Shown: positions 13,791-27,944, counted from the stretch's first letter. The stretch is 64,000 nucleotides of DNA from Eledone cirrhosa (GCA_964016885.1 OZ024741.1:97774001-97838000), one strand, 5' to 3'. Notes: generated by a model from the sequence alone, not told the origin. Program-made: numbers and translations.

Positions 13791-14186
13791 TAATTATCTC
13801 CAAATTATTTGTCGAGCAATATTGGCCATGGCTGCTGCTATGGTAGTAGGCAGGCCGCTGTCTTATTAGCAAACCACTTTCCACTGATTGACCTCGATGT
13901 CACGTGATTGATTCTTTTTGAATTTGCCACAGACGCAGAGGCAGTGATTTTCTCAATGGCTAGGAATTCAGTCCACGATTTGCTATTTCCTATCCACTGA
14001 ATTATTTTTTTATAAGTTTCCGGAGTCCTCGCTTTGCTTGGAAACCTAAATGAGAATAGACTTCCCTGACGACGGAATGTTTCTCAATATCTTCTTCGGA
14101 AAATATATTTACTCCATTCCAGAAACTAAATAGTTGGAAGTGATATTTTAGTAAGTAAGTTAATTTTATAATTTTCTTATTTTACG

Positions 14187-14222
<36 letters not shown>

Positions 14223-14226
<4 letters not shown>

Positions 14227-14852
14227 TAGATTGGTCAATTTTGAACCAATCTAAAGAATATGCAAGAGGAACAAGAAAATGCACGCTCTGCATAAACGAA
14301 AAATATTGGATATTGCAAAATCTTAAATCACCAAAGACCTGCCTGAACACAAAGACGGAAATTTTCACCAGTTGCCCACACATGAAATCACACCTGCTTT
14401 CCAGCTAATATAAACTTAACACACTTTCAGATACTTATCCTCCGTAAACTCTTATTATTCTCTTCATAATTACCCTTTCTGATTTACTTTCATTTTTATC
14501 CTTATCATTAATTTCCTTTATTTTTATTTTCATTTTTATTTTTATTTTTATTTTTATTTTTATTTTTATTTTTATTTTTATTTTTATATATTTTTTTATT
14601 TTTACTTCACATCCACCTATTTCCTTCACTAACTGATTAAACATGTCATTTGCGTTTTCCACTCCAGATATATTTTTTATTTTTATTATTATTTTTTATT
14701 TTTGCGCAGCCAATCTTACAATTTTATAATTTTATATTTGTACTTACTTATCCACAAGTTTTTTACACCCTGTATCAATGTGGCTGAACGCCTTAATGTG
14801 TGTATACTTTCTATATATGTACATGAGCGACTACGTATGTGCGCGCGCGTGC

Positions 14853-14922
<70 letters not shown>

Positions 14923-15661
14923 ATGTGTATGTGTCTTTATATCCGTGTTTTTACATCTAGGTTTTATGTTTTGTTCCTTTTTTTTCCTTCCTTTTTTTAC
15001 ATCCTCATTTTTATGCGTGTGCATGCAAACAGGTCAATATGCGTGAGTGTAAGTATGTGTGTGTGTGTGTGTACGTATCGAACGTATGGATGTGTAAGTG
15101 TGCGTGTGTATATAAGCATGTATATTTTTGCGTTTCTTTTGTGAGATATACGTGTGTGTGTATGTATGTACCTTATTTGTCTTCTTTTCTTTAATTTTTT
15201 CTTTCAAAATTATTGTTCCATTTTTATAAATATATCGAGATTGATACTTTCCTTTAATTATTACACTCCCTTACCTCTTTTACTTCCGCATCTAAGTGTA
15301 CGTGTGTGTAGCTGCGTTTATGCGCGTGCCTTCATATTCTTATGATGTATCTATTCTGTCTGTAGATTACAGTCATACAGATACATTTGCCCTAAATTAT
15401 ATATTTACGCACACTTTTTCACTATACGTATACATATGTGCATACACATATATGCACATCTGTGAGCGTATATACATACATATACACACACCTAACTATA
15501 TTTCTTGAAAGATTATTATATATTTCATATTCTAATTCATTTGTCTATATCTTTTTTGTTTTTTTGTTTTTTTGCTTTTCTTGATGAGACTTTCCAAGTA
15601 TTTACCCATGTTTTATATTGCCTCGTCTGACGAACGAATAAAGACGTTTCTTTCGTATTCG
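14223..15661 (+). mobile_element. 5'-truncated Naiad-type PLE: GIY-YIG C-terminus plus 3' UTR
   Basis: KLDWSIL...YARGTRKCTLCINEKYWIL...CLNTKTEIFTSCPH, stop at about 14408. A pyrimidine-rich, microsatellite-laden UTR follows, ending in a half-hammerhead (CTGACGA plus stem) at about 15628-15661. The right boundary is uncertain. Confidence 0.7.
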
Positions 15662-15787
15662 CCTCATGTTTACCGAACATTTATTATAATGCTCGTTTTT
15701 TTTTGTTTGTAAACAAACAAACAGCCCGAATTATTCTGTACAGTGTTAGGCAACTACGTCACCTTTTTGTTCAACACTGACACAGGA

Positions 15788-15830
15788 ACGATGTACTAGT
15801 TTCATGCTTATTAGCTATCGTCAGCATCGT
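15788..15830 (-). ncRNA. Minimal type I hammerhead ribozyme (family D)
   Basis: ACGATG-CTGACGA-tagctaataagcat-GAAAC-TA-GTA-CATCGT, with a 6 bp stem I, palindromic ACTAGT and a GUA triplet. Confidence 0.85.
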
Positions 15831-16231
15831 ATACTTTCCTGCCAGATGGTTGAACGTCTGAAAGTATATACTTTCCTGATGCATATTAACGGCTGAGCAG
15901 CCTAGTTTGCATATCGAGTGATTTCAGTCGGCCGGGCACACCGAAAACGATAAATGGAATAGAATGAAACGAAATTTCATTTCTCACTCTTAGTACGGCA
16001 CTTACTTAAATGTAAGTTTGTATGTACACGAACATACATATATGTATACAGACGTACAGTAGTATGCATATATATACATACATGCACACATATATATATA
16101 TGCACGTATCGGTTTACCGAACATTTATTATAATGCTCGATTTGTTTATTTGTAAACAAACAAACAGCCCGAATTACGCCGTACAGTGTTTTGGCAACCA
16201 AGTCACCTTTTTGTTCAACACTGACACAGGA

Positions 16232-16274
16232 ACGATGTACTAGTTTCAAGCTTATTAGCTATCGTCAGCACCGT
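16232..16274 (-). ncRNA. Minimal type I hammerhead ribozyme (family D, second unit)
   Basis: ACGGTG-CTGACGA-tAGCTaataAGCTt-GAAAC-TA-GTA-CATCGT. Confidence 0.85.
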
Positions 16275-16380
16275 ATACCTTCCTGCCAGATGGTTGAACG
16301 TCTATTTTCAAAAAATATATAAGTGGAAACAAAACAGAACAATCAAATTTTTGCGGAACATATTTTACATTCTCCAATAA

Positions 16381-16423
<43 letters not shown>

Positions 16424-16921
16424 AATTAACGAGAATCGTATTTCAGGTCAGGAATTAACGAAAAACAACTTCCGAGATGTGTGGCAAGCGCTCGATGATT
16501 CATATGAATCAGAGCTACGACATACGTTAAAGGCCAAACACACTGAGATGGTGGTTAAACTAATCATCCGCATAGCCAAAAAAACGACCAAGTAATTCGG
16601 ATCAAACAATAAAAATATATGTGATTGAAAATTTAACCGGACCTACTGGACTGATGGTAAAATCCAGTATTTGGGTTTCTGCGACTCCCTAAATCAAATA
16701 CTGTCCGCTTACATAAAGAATGTTAGGCTTCTGGTAAGATGACTGAACAAGGAAGGCGTTTTATCAACGGGTTTTTGCTCTAATGCTATACATAAGTGTG
16801 ACTATTACTGACCCCCGTGGAGTTCAGCAAGGGAGGCAACACTTATATTAGGCGAATGAATTCAGTTGTGTATAATATTGCGAGAATGCAAAATATCTCA
16901 AATCGAATAAAACTATATATA

Positions 16922-18034
16922 TATATTTCGTTTCTGAATTTGTTTAGCAAGATTCTTTATCTGAAATCGTGTGTTGAAACCGATATTGTTATACTTTGGG
17001 AGGGTCATGTTGCCAACAAGAAACACACGCACCAGTTGCTTTCACTTCAGTTTATTATATATTTATAAATTTATAAATTTACAAATCTACAAATTTATAA
17101 ATTTCTGGTTGGTTGGTTGGTTCCACAACCAGATAGTTGTTTATATATAGTCATAGTCCTTTCGTCACACACTCTGTGACCTCTTCAGTGACTGGGGATT
17201 CCTTTCTTTGTTTCTGTGCCTTTCCTTTCTTCTGTCCTACGCCATTTTGTTTCTGTGTGTGTGTTGTGTGCTCAGTTTGCGCATGCGCCACATCCGGGTG
17301 TCTGTGTGTGTTTGTGTTCATTTATCTATTTGTTTATTTATTTACATGTTGTTGGTTGGTTGTTTGTTCTATGTGTGTGTGTGTTTTCATTTTGTCCTTA
17401 AATGTAAGTTGTGATGTTGCTGTTCCACTCATATTTTCTATTTAATTTTGGTTGTAATTCTTTTATATTTACTGCCTTTGTAATTTGTAATGTACTCCCG
17501 CTACGTAGATGTAATTTGTAATGATAGCAATAAATACCAGAGTGTAATGTTCATCGATACAACCCTTAGAGGCGAACTAGCCTACAAATTTAGAAGGGCC
17601 CTAAATAAACATAAACTCAATATTAAGATAGTAGAAAGACCGGGTACCTCCGTAAAAACACTTATTAGCAAGACATACCCGTTCCAAAGACCCTCATGTA
17701 TAGATAAGAAATGTATAACCTGTAAAATAAGCCCCCATATTAACTGTAAAACTAGAAATGTAGTGTATAGCATAAGATGTACTGAAGGACCATGTAGAAA
17801 CAAAAATATAATGTACATAGGTGAGACAGCTCGTCACTGAAGAGGCCACAGAGTGTGTGACGAAAGGACTATGACTATATATAAACAACTATCTGGTTGT
17901 GGAACCAACCAACCAACCAGAAATTTATAGGTTTGTAAATTTGTAAATTTATAAATTTATAAATATATAATAAATTGAAGTGAAAGCAACTGGTGCGTGT
18001 GTTTCTTATTGGCAACATGACCCTCCCAAAGTAT

Positions 18035-18042
<8 letters not shown>
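16922..18042. mobile_element. PLE-derived fold-back (family E) carrying a linker/GIY-YIG fragment
   Basis: Arms about 16984-17192 and 17833-18041. Internal 17530-17832 encodes a Cys-rich linker plus VVYSIRC...YIGETAR. (TA)n on both sides. Confidence 0.85.
17149..17193 (-). ncRNA. Minimal hammerhead ribozyme (family E)
   Basis: AGTCA-CTGAAGA-g-GTCACAgagtgTGTGAC-GAAAG-GA-CTA-TGACT. Copies at 17833-17875 (+) and 42089-42133 (+, A9 mutated). Confidence 0.75.
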
Positions 18043-18098
<56 letters not shown>

Positions 18099-18099
18099 C

Positions 18100-18505
18100 A
18101 TCTTACCACTAATTGGTTTGACAGATGTCTTTAACCTATTGGTACCAAACATGTGTATATATATGCTTGTGTGTGTGTGTCTATATATGTATATATGCAT
18201 GCATGAATACATTAAGCTTTAGATTTAGGTGAATGTACAACCACTGATTCCAGCTATCTGCAATATCACATATTTTGATATCTATTAATTACCTGGAATT
18301 GGTTCACCAAATACTTTGTTTGATTGTTTTATTTGTTTTTAAATATATGTTATTCTTCCTCCTAGACTTCAGGCATTTTTTGAAAGCAAAGCATTGGCCC
18401 TTAAAATATTACAACGCACCCTGTAATGCTATGCTGTCATCTGCAATGCTACCGTGGAGCCCCCATCGACCACTTATCATTGGGCAACCTGGCCAGTCCA
18501 CCAGT
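18100..18505. repeat. Diverged direct repeat of about 19835-20325 (unclassified family)
   Basis: Collinear shared blocks cagatgtctttaa, taagctttagattt..caaccact..tccagcta and tcattgggcaacctggcca. Confidence 0.6.
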
Positions 18506-19549
18506 GTATATATATATATATATATACATATAACATTTGTTTGTTAGAATAATCAAATTAAATTAATTCAACATTTAAACGCATATATGAATAATAGGTT
18601 GTTACCAAAGAGCCAGAAGATTGACATGTCGATTCTAAATATGACTAATAGCTTTAGTAATGCCATGAATGACACCACATCTTTTTAAATTTGATTTTGA
18701 AAGTCGGTTTATAATTATTAATTTTCATTATACATTTGTATCTGTCTAGATGGCCAAGCTGAAGGAGTCATAGACTCTGTTGATCCTGGTCTGAAGTTCG
18801 GTCCTGCTCGGGAGTAGGGTTCCCGGTAAACCATTTCAGATTTTTTCTATGAAATGTAAAATAAATACTGAAAAATATTACATGTACTTCTCGACCAGCA
18901 TTGAACCCAAGACAAGGATCCTCTCCGTCTCTAGTACTTACCGCTACTCCACTGAGAGAACTACGAAAGTCAACTGAAAATTCATATTTATAAACCTAAT
19001 TTCCAAATTTTAAATACAAAATGATATGATTTCGCTCATGTCTTTCTTAATGTCATGGCTCCTACTTAAGGTCGACTTCTAAATCATTTGGGTGTTCCAT
19101 AAACTACATCCTCGTTTTGATTCTCATTTATCTAGACTATATTTTAACCTGTAATCATTGTTTCATTTCTGTTGCACCTCATTTCCCTTCCCCTCTCTTC
19201 CCATCTCGCCTCTTTCTCTGTCTCTTTCTTTCTCTCTATGATATTTGAATCTACTATGATTTGGGTTTACCTTATTCATATATATATATATTTTTTTTTT
19301 TTGCAAGTCAGATTAAAAATATTGGCTGCCAGGAGACGAAGGCGGTCCACGTACACATGGAATGCTATCATTTAATTTTTATAATGAATAAATAACATTT
19401 TCAAAAAATACATAAGTGGAAACAAAACAGTGCAATCAAATTTTTACGGAAAAAAATCTTACATCTCCAATAAAAAGTATGTTTTTGCGAAATCCAGACC
19501 CGTTCAATAATGACGTTTGGTCTTCCAGACTCACTCAATATATATAATA

Positions 19550-19733
19550 ATAATTGTTTCTATTTTAGGCACAAGGCCAGCAATTAACCAGTACATTACT
19601 GGTACTTTATTTTATCGACCCGTAAGGATGAAAGGCAAAGTTAACCTCGGCAAGATTTGAACTCAGATCGTAAAGGGACGTAACTATGCTAGAAAGCATG
19701 GTGTCCAACCCTCTACTTCCAATTCACCGCCAT
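19550..19733 (-). mobile_element. tRNA-derived SINE, near full length
   Basis: Minus strand has A-box-like TGGCGGTGAATTGG, B-box GAGTTCAAATC and the conserved core gcctttcatcc..gggtcgataaaataaagtaccag. At least six copies in the window. Resembles octopus SINEs with a Meta-like domain (recall, not search). Confidence 0.8.
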
Positions 19734-19928
19734 CTATATATAATTATAAACAGGAAAGGTCAGTAATTCATTACCACCTTATTACTAGTAAGAAAAATAG
19801 CTTAATGTAAATACATCAGATGTATACACCAGCTTCACTACTAATTGATTTTGCAGATGTCTTTAAGCCATTGGTTTCAAACATTATTTGGTCAGTAGTT
19901 CGTATGTATGTGTAAGTATATATATATA

Positions 19929-20003
19929 AAAGTGGTTACACAACAGTTAGTTCACCATGCCGAGAACAATTGTTTAACCTTTTCGGATCCTCAGCTCGTA
20001 ATC
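19929..20003 (-). mobile_element. Isolated pLTR terminus of family F with mutated hammerhead
   Basis: Matches 30302-30360 and 37251-37320. GAAA reads TAAA. Lies inside (TA)n. Confidence 0.75.
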
Positions 20004-20416
20004 TATATATATATGTTTGTGTGTATGTTTATATACGTATGTTTGCATGCATGAATGCAAACTAAGCTTTAGATTTTGTACAATGCACAACCACTAATCC
20101 AGCTACTTGCACTATCATATATTTTGGTTTCTATTAATTCGCTGGAGAATTGGTTGACCACTTGCTTGCTTAATTGTTTTCGTTATTTTTATGAAAAAAT
20201 ATTCTTTCTCTTAGATTCAGTTATTTTTTTAAAGCAAAAGATTAGCACCTAAAATGCTACTGTGGGATCCACTGGGGTCAACTTGTCATTGGGCAACCTG
20301 GCAACCTGGCCAGGCCACCACTGTGTGTATATATATATATATACATATTATACATTTATATATATATATGTGTGTGGATGTGTGTGTGTTTGTGTGCGTG
20401 TGTGTGTGTGTGTGGG

Positions 20417-20509
<93 letters not shown>

Positions 20510-20795
20510 CGTGCGCGCGCGCGTGTTTGTGTGTAATTGTAAACACCTGACCATTTTGAAGATTTCCCCATCCTTTAACCGAGCATGTTAATTCAGCCGT
20601 TTCTTTGCTTAGAATAAATGAAACTTGAAAATTAGGAGTGCCTGTTTTTGTATCGTTGTGTATTTTTCTCTAAATATTCTTTTTTCAAAGAATACCCTTT
20701 CTTTAAATCGATCAGCCAATGACCTCCAACCGTCGCAATCGCCACCTTCCCCTACAACCAGAAAATGTAAAAATACCACCATATCACTGTCGAAT

Positions 20796-20840
20796 TTGCT
20801 GATGATTTCCTTCGAATGAAACAGTTCTAGTCCTGTAGAA
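20796..20840 (+). ncRNA. Hammerhead motif (family G), weak stem I
   Basis: CTGATGA-tTTCcttcGAAt-GAAACAG-loop-CTGTA, about 20 nt before (TA)n. A decayed copy lies at about 48421-48478. Confidence 0.55.
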
Positions 20841-20880
20841 GCCATTCCTATATTAAATATATATATATATATATATATAT

Positions 20881-21620
20881 AAGTTAAAACAATGAAATAA
20901 AATTCAAGTCATTAGGAATACACTTCACTGCTTTACGATCGTTTCTAGGTGATAATAATACATCGTACGCATATTTCGTTATCGATCTATGTAAGGTTAG
21001 TTACAAAATATCAAATAAGGAATATATTTACCTACGTGTATATCGTCAGCCGTTGTCGAAAGCAATGACAATTTTATTTAAAATCAATAGTAAATTGAGT
21101 TCTATGACCTTATTTGGAGGTAGCTGAAGAACAAACCAATCAAATGGTGTTTTGCCATATGATGTTAAGATGAAATATAACTCATTTTAGTTAAGGTCAT
21201 GACCTTTTGAAAGGAACGGTTGAATGGTGTTAAAAATAGAATTACTATGAAGAACCTATGAAGAAAAGGGATTGTTGTATTGATAGTGGAATGTAGATGT
21301 TGGAGTGAAGTCTAAAAAGGGATGTAAAAGTTAAATGTTGAGTTGTGTTGTATGGAATTTTTAGGTGAATTTAAATAAAGAAATATAAAATATACGGAAA
21401 TAACTAGGATACATATTGATAGGTAAAGTAATGGTCATAACTAGGAGGGATAGTATATTAAAAGATGAAAATTATAATAAGATAATAAAATACAATAATA
21501 TAATGATATAATATAATGTAATATAATATAGTGCATCGTGGTACATTGTATATAGTATAGTATATCGTATGATGCATCATAAAATATAAAATAGTAAATA
21601 TTTTCAATGGGTCTATGTAT
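20881..21620 (-). mobile_element. PLE 3' UTR/pLTR remnant with atypical hammerhead (family H)
   Basis: Pyrimidine-rich minus strand. CTGACGA...TAGGT/ACCTA-GAAAC-GATC-GTA at 20929-21064. Ends at (TA)n. Confidence 0.55.
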
Positions 21621-21904
21621 AAGTAATCAATCCCAGATAAATGAATGTTGACATATAGCCAAAACGCATAATTTTCTTAGATCACAAAAGTACATATACT
21701 CACATATATAGATACAGGTATAATTACATAGATAATCCATTAAAAATATACATACGCATTCATAGATATATACATATACATATACATACACGCACACATA
21801 CACACACATATATATATAGATATATATACATACATATACATAGATATATATATATATATACACATATACATGTACATACACATACACACACATACACATA
21901 TACA

Positions 21905-22684
21905 CAATTGTGTAATATGGAATTATTTTATATTATGAAATCAAAAAATATGTTATTAAATAACAGAATAGAGCGATCGTTATACTGTAACCATCGCTTG
22001 AAATCTACATTTTCATATTACAAACACTACCAGGATTGAACGCCTGACTCCATCTCCGTTTGATTGTTAATATGCATATTAACATTCTCTATTAGTCTTA
22101 ATTCTATCAACTCTTCTATTCTTTACCATTTAATATAAACTGCTATAGATAAAATGAGATTTCTTAATTCAATTCCCTAATGCATATACCAGCAGGCTAC
22201 CAGCATTGTTGTTATTCAGTAGCAGTGAAAATCTCCCTCTTCCTTAATTGACACTTTATAATTAATACTACTACACCAAACGACCAGCCCTGTCCATTGT
22301 TCAATTGGTCAAGTATAGATTAAAATAGGCACTCCCAAAAATTCTTATTTAGATAAAATAGATCATATACTCATTGTATTCTCATTAGAAACCCTTTATA
22401 TACTTGTTTACCAGTAAATAGAATTGACATCTGTCATATACTATCCCCTCTCTTCTTCCTTTATTACAACTAATATAAATACTTCAATTTTTCTGATTTT
22501 TTCCAATTTATCCAATATCTCTGAAGAAGTGACAACTGATTATACATTTGCTATTGAATACTTGCTAACATTATATGATTACGCAAGCAGCGATACATAG
22601 GTATTCCGTCTGTTACAGAAACATATGTCAATACCTAATAAATTCTTTTTTTAAAAAAAGCACTTTCATTTTATATTCATCTTT

Positions 22685-22686
<2 letters not shown>
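21905..22686 (+). mobile_element. 5'-truncated copy of the 6787-9110 Naiad family
   Basis: Reverse-complement match to 6787-7560. Encodes [22 protein letters not shown]...CNHR and shares the same 3' end before (TC)n(TA)n. Confidence 0.9.
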
Positions 22687-22775
<89 letters not shown>

Positions 22776-22779
<4 letters not shown>

Positions 22780-23946
22780 TCTTATCATACATAGATAGAT
22801 ACTTGTATACCCATGCAATTACAGGGGGTTATGTACCTTGATGCCGTTAGTCAGTAACGCATGAATCTATGGAAGCTAAAAAATTAAAGGTTAAACAATT
22901 AACAGGAAGGCTTATAATTAGGAGAAGGGGATACTAACAAAAAAGTACGTCATATAGAGCTATAGTGAGCTGCTATTTAGAATGTTTAATTTGGTTTATA
23001 GCATTTAAATGTTTTTCGTATACGGTGATTACAAGCTATAATCTGTTCCTGTCTTTTATTCAATAAATCGTCCTTAGATTTAGTCATTTCCAAGATCTCT
23101 CTGGAACATAATCTGCATTCTCTCCCGTTCCCAAGATATGGAGTTCTTTATAGAATCGTATCGCATGATAGCTTGAAATCTATTTTTTTTCTTTTTATAG
23201 TTGTTTACTGCTTCAGCTAAATATGTGGTGTTAGCTAGTTTAGTATTGTTAAAGCTACTGGAGTGTGCGTAATATCTTTTCTTAAATGTGTTCGATGTAG
23301 ATCCTATATACGATTTGTTGGAGTCAGTAGCAGACACAGTGCATTTATATATTACATTATTCATCAAACAGTTGCCATTTAAGGGGCAAACACTTCTATT
23401 TCTGCAACTACAACCATACGTAAGATGGTTGTTGGAGGTACCTACATAATTATCATTAATCCTGGAGCTATTCTTATTGTAATTAATGTTAGAGAGAGAA
23501 TGAGTGCTGCTTTGTGGGTGATTTAGTACTGGGGTTGTATTGTGATTTTGTGTTATGTTGTTTTTGTGTTGGTGATTTGGGTGGTTGTGTTTTCCAGGTT
23601 GAAGAATTGTATTATTTGTCCTTTTAAAAGTGCAGTCTTATTCAAATTATGTTGTGGTGGTGTGGTCATATTATTTTTAAATTTATAAATGTTGTAGTTG
23701 CTTATTTTCTGTTGGAGGTTGCTTGATGTAGAGTATGAGAATTTAACAGTATAAGTGAGAATAAGAAGTTAACTAAAAACCGCAAAAGAAACATACCATG
23801 GTACAACGCACCCTTCAACCTGCAAACTATTGGAGAAACCCCCCTCCAAAAAAAATTCTTCGAAATTCTACATAAACATTTACCACCAATCCACAGATAC
23901 CACCAAATATTTAACAGGTGTACTGTTAAATTCTCATACTCTACAT
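22776..23946. mobile_element. Naiad-type PLE fragment with inverted 5' part (22776-23751 minus, 23752-23946 plus)
   Basis: Minus part has CSCRNRSVCPLNGNC, VIYKCTV and YIGSTSNTFKKRYYAH. Plus part has RNIPWYNAPF...HKHLPPIHRYHQIFNRCTVKFSYST. Confidence 0.85.
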
Positions 23947-25081
23947 GTGTGTGTATACCGTTCTAGTATCGCTGATTAGTATTGTACACCAGATAGCGTC
24001 CTAGTGCAATTTCCCTCTATGGCATTCTTGAAAATATACCAAAAAATGTATACCCTTAATTGCATTTCGAAATCATTTCTAATCTATTATTTAAGGAGCT
24101 AGGAGGTAAGTTAAGAATAGTCTATTTTCCTTGTTTTGTACGAAGAATTTGTACGATTTATGCATTGGTCACATTATGCATTAGAACGTATTTCATTAGA
24201 ACATATTTACAATAACATTGAATTAAAATGGTTGACATGTAGGATGGGTAGAGCGAATATGGCTTGCCGTATTTAGTTACATAAATTTACAATCTGCGTT
24301 CAAACCCGATTTATGTCGACCCGATATGCTCTCCTTAGAACCACCTTAAAATATGTATTAGTCAGTTATTCTGTCGATAAAATATTCCTGCAAAATATTA
24401 TGTTTGGCCTCGATGTTAGATCAACATATAATGCTGAATTAAATAACTTCTAAGACATTTATTGTATTGTTCGAAGGTATAAGTGCTAGTTTGAAAAAGT
24501 AAAGAATACCACGGCAAATGATATAATTGGAACCTCAGGTCTATGTGATAGCGATGCTGTTTACGTTATTGAGCGCCTGCCAGTCTATCAAACTGAAGTT
24601 ATTTACCTAAATCAATCGTGTCTGATAATTTGATTTTCAACGGTTATAATTTTAGTTTAATTTTTGTTTAATTTTCAAAGATTAAATATTACTCATTTTC
24701 AGATAGTTGTTTTAATTCTTTTAGACTATATAATATGATATATTAAATATACTAATGTCCAATTACGTTATGTAAATATGATATTTATTTATCATACGAT
24801 CACCTAATATTTGTAATATGTAAAGATATGTATCTAGAGCGGTATAGAAATTGATACCATAAGAACGAACTTTCTATTTTTTTATGTGTACAACATTGGA
24901 TCGTAAGCGTGGAAAATGTGTTCTAGATATTGTTAAACTGCCGTATTAGTGACCTGTTCCATCGGAATAATGTATTGTTAGCAAAATCTTAATTTCCTTG
25001 AGACAATAACAGACACACTTATAACGCATTAATACACACACATAAACACATTCACACACATGTACACGCTGATGCTAGCAA

Positions 25082-25174
<93 letters not shown>

Positions 25175-26770
25175 GTGTATGTGTGTGTGTGTTTGGTGGG
25201 GTGTGAGTATGTGTGTGTGCTTGTGTATTTGTGTGAGTGTGGGTATGTGAATACATATGTACATACATAAACACATAGAAACTCACCCGTGTGCATGATG
25301 TATAAAGTTAACCTTATCTTGATATCTCTATCTTTAAAGTCCTTTCCGGCGCTCAGGCGCCATTAAATTGAAAATGGATAACTGTATTGTATTATATTTC
25401 CCTCGCGTTATGAGATCGTTTTAATCACCTGTCCTATATTAGCATTACGCTAACCGAACACACTGATAAACAGATTATGTCCTCTTATTTAACTAAGAAA
25501 TGTTATGCAATATAGCAATACGATATACATAAAACGTGATAATTTCAATGTCGTATTACTACGTAGCCGCGCATCAATCGAGATTAGACTAGTCCTTGAA
25601 CAAAGGCATACTAAGAGTATGTAGAATTAAATTATAAAATGTGTGCTTTCCTAATTTATGACAATGGTGTGTGATCTGACAGAGACTTGGGTGCGATTTC
25701 TAATAAATCGAATGACCATTTACAAGCTCCCTCGTTGGATAATTTTTATTTGTCCAGGCTAAACAACCCCATTTATGTTACTTACGAGAGGTAAATTTAA
25801 GATTGGAAGAACATACGCTACCGAGTAGGAGTACAATGTAAAATATATGATATAAAGTAATGAATTTTGTATTTTTGATTTTCTGCTAATTAATTTCTAA
25901 CCTAATAATCACATTGTTACGAGCAGACCCATATTATACCCATTTTTTCTGATGAATGTATTACAACTGAGAATTAGAGGTTACGCTACGGTAGAACAAT
26001 TTATGTATACTACTAACCTACGTATAATGCAATCCAAAATGACATGAAATTCTTCATATTTATCTATGTGAGTATTTAATTAGTATTGAACCATATGTTC
26101 ACGAAATTCAAACGAATTTGGGTATACAATTTGTTTTTGAAGTGCAACCCTTGTTTTTTTATGTGTGAAAGCTGATTTCTCATTTATTTAAATTAAAATG
26201 ATTTCTCTGAAGTTTAATTATTTCAAGTTGTTTCGGTGCGATGTATTGGCTTTATTTTTCACTATGATCGCTTTCAAGCCCGTCTTAAACGTAAAGCAGT
26301 TGCATACCTATCGGTCTGTTCTGTCAGCTAATATAGGACAGTGTGTTCTTTTGTAGGTTGAGTCGTCGTCATCTTAATTATCATTATATTGTTCGTATAA
26401 TTTATTAGAAAGATATATCGTTCTATTTAACATTGAGGAGAGAAAGAAAGACCAATAACAATAAGGTTGGACATGTAATAGATTGAACATGATATATGCA
26501 CTTCATTTACATCTGATAAAATTTCATAATGTCGCACCTTATTACCAAAATAAGAAAGGAGGTGTTTTATACTGTATTCTGGCTACAATATTCAATATTT
26601 GAAAAACAAGAACTACAAAGGTTACGTCAAAATTATTTCTTGTCATTGTGCTTCCAATGTAATTAAAATTCCATGCTTCCGAATCAATTCACATTATACG
26701 GCTAATATGTCGTTTCATTTCAAATTTTCAAAATAAAATATATACTTGCCGATGCCTTTATCTTTTTCAG

Positions 26771-26855
26771 TTTACATGTTAACAGTACTCAAAGATTTGA
26801 GCCAATACAATATTCTAGCCATCATCATACGCACAATTCAACTCAGCAAGACAAG
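26771..26855 (+). CDS. Candidate internal exon of an unidentified host gene
   Basis: Acceptor cctttatctttttcAG, donor AAG/GTATGC, open frame LHVNSTQRFEPIQYSSHHHTHNSTQQDK, in non-repetitive DNA. No homology recognised. Confidence 0.35.
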
Positions 26856-27261
26856 GTATGCATGTAATACTGGATTAATTTCTGCCTAAGCCGTTTTCTC
26901 TTGTACTCTCTGGTTAGACGTATACGAGGTATTACAGGCTGACGTGTTGTTGCATGATTTGTCAGGCGGCAGTCCTCCTTATGTCTTGAGATTGCTTTCA
27001 AATCTTATAAACAGTCCTTAATGGATCATATGTTGAATATTTTACCATACCAGTGATGTAGTGGGAAATGATTAATGACTAGATCAAGGAACATATTATC
27101 TATCTTATCGTAGCATTTAAAGATAAGGAAAGTGCAAACTAGATGAGATGAATGAGTCTATAAAATAAATGTTACGTTAATGATTAGGAGGACTGTATTG
27201 GGGAGAAATGAGTAGTATATATTGTAGTAGGAAAGGCAATTTAATCAAAATTATTCGGTGA

Positions 27262-27940
<679 letters not shown>

Positions 27941-27944
<4 letters not shown>

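Larger units (their letters stand above)
15665..16302 (-). mobile_element. Tandem 444 bp hammerhead-bearing repeat (retrozyme-like or tandem pLTR, family D)
   Basis: 15668-15859 recurs at 16112-16302, and each unit contains a minimal hammerhead. A related tandem lies at 33975-34590. Confidence 0.7.

Noticed and set aside
18748-18955. tRNA-like heads on both strands
   Set aside because: No cloverleaf; at most decayed SINE heads.
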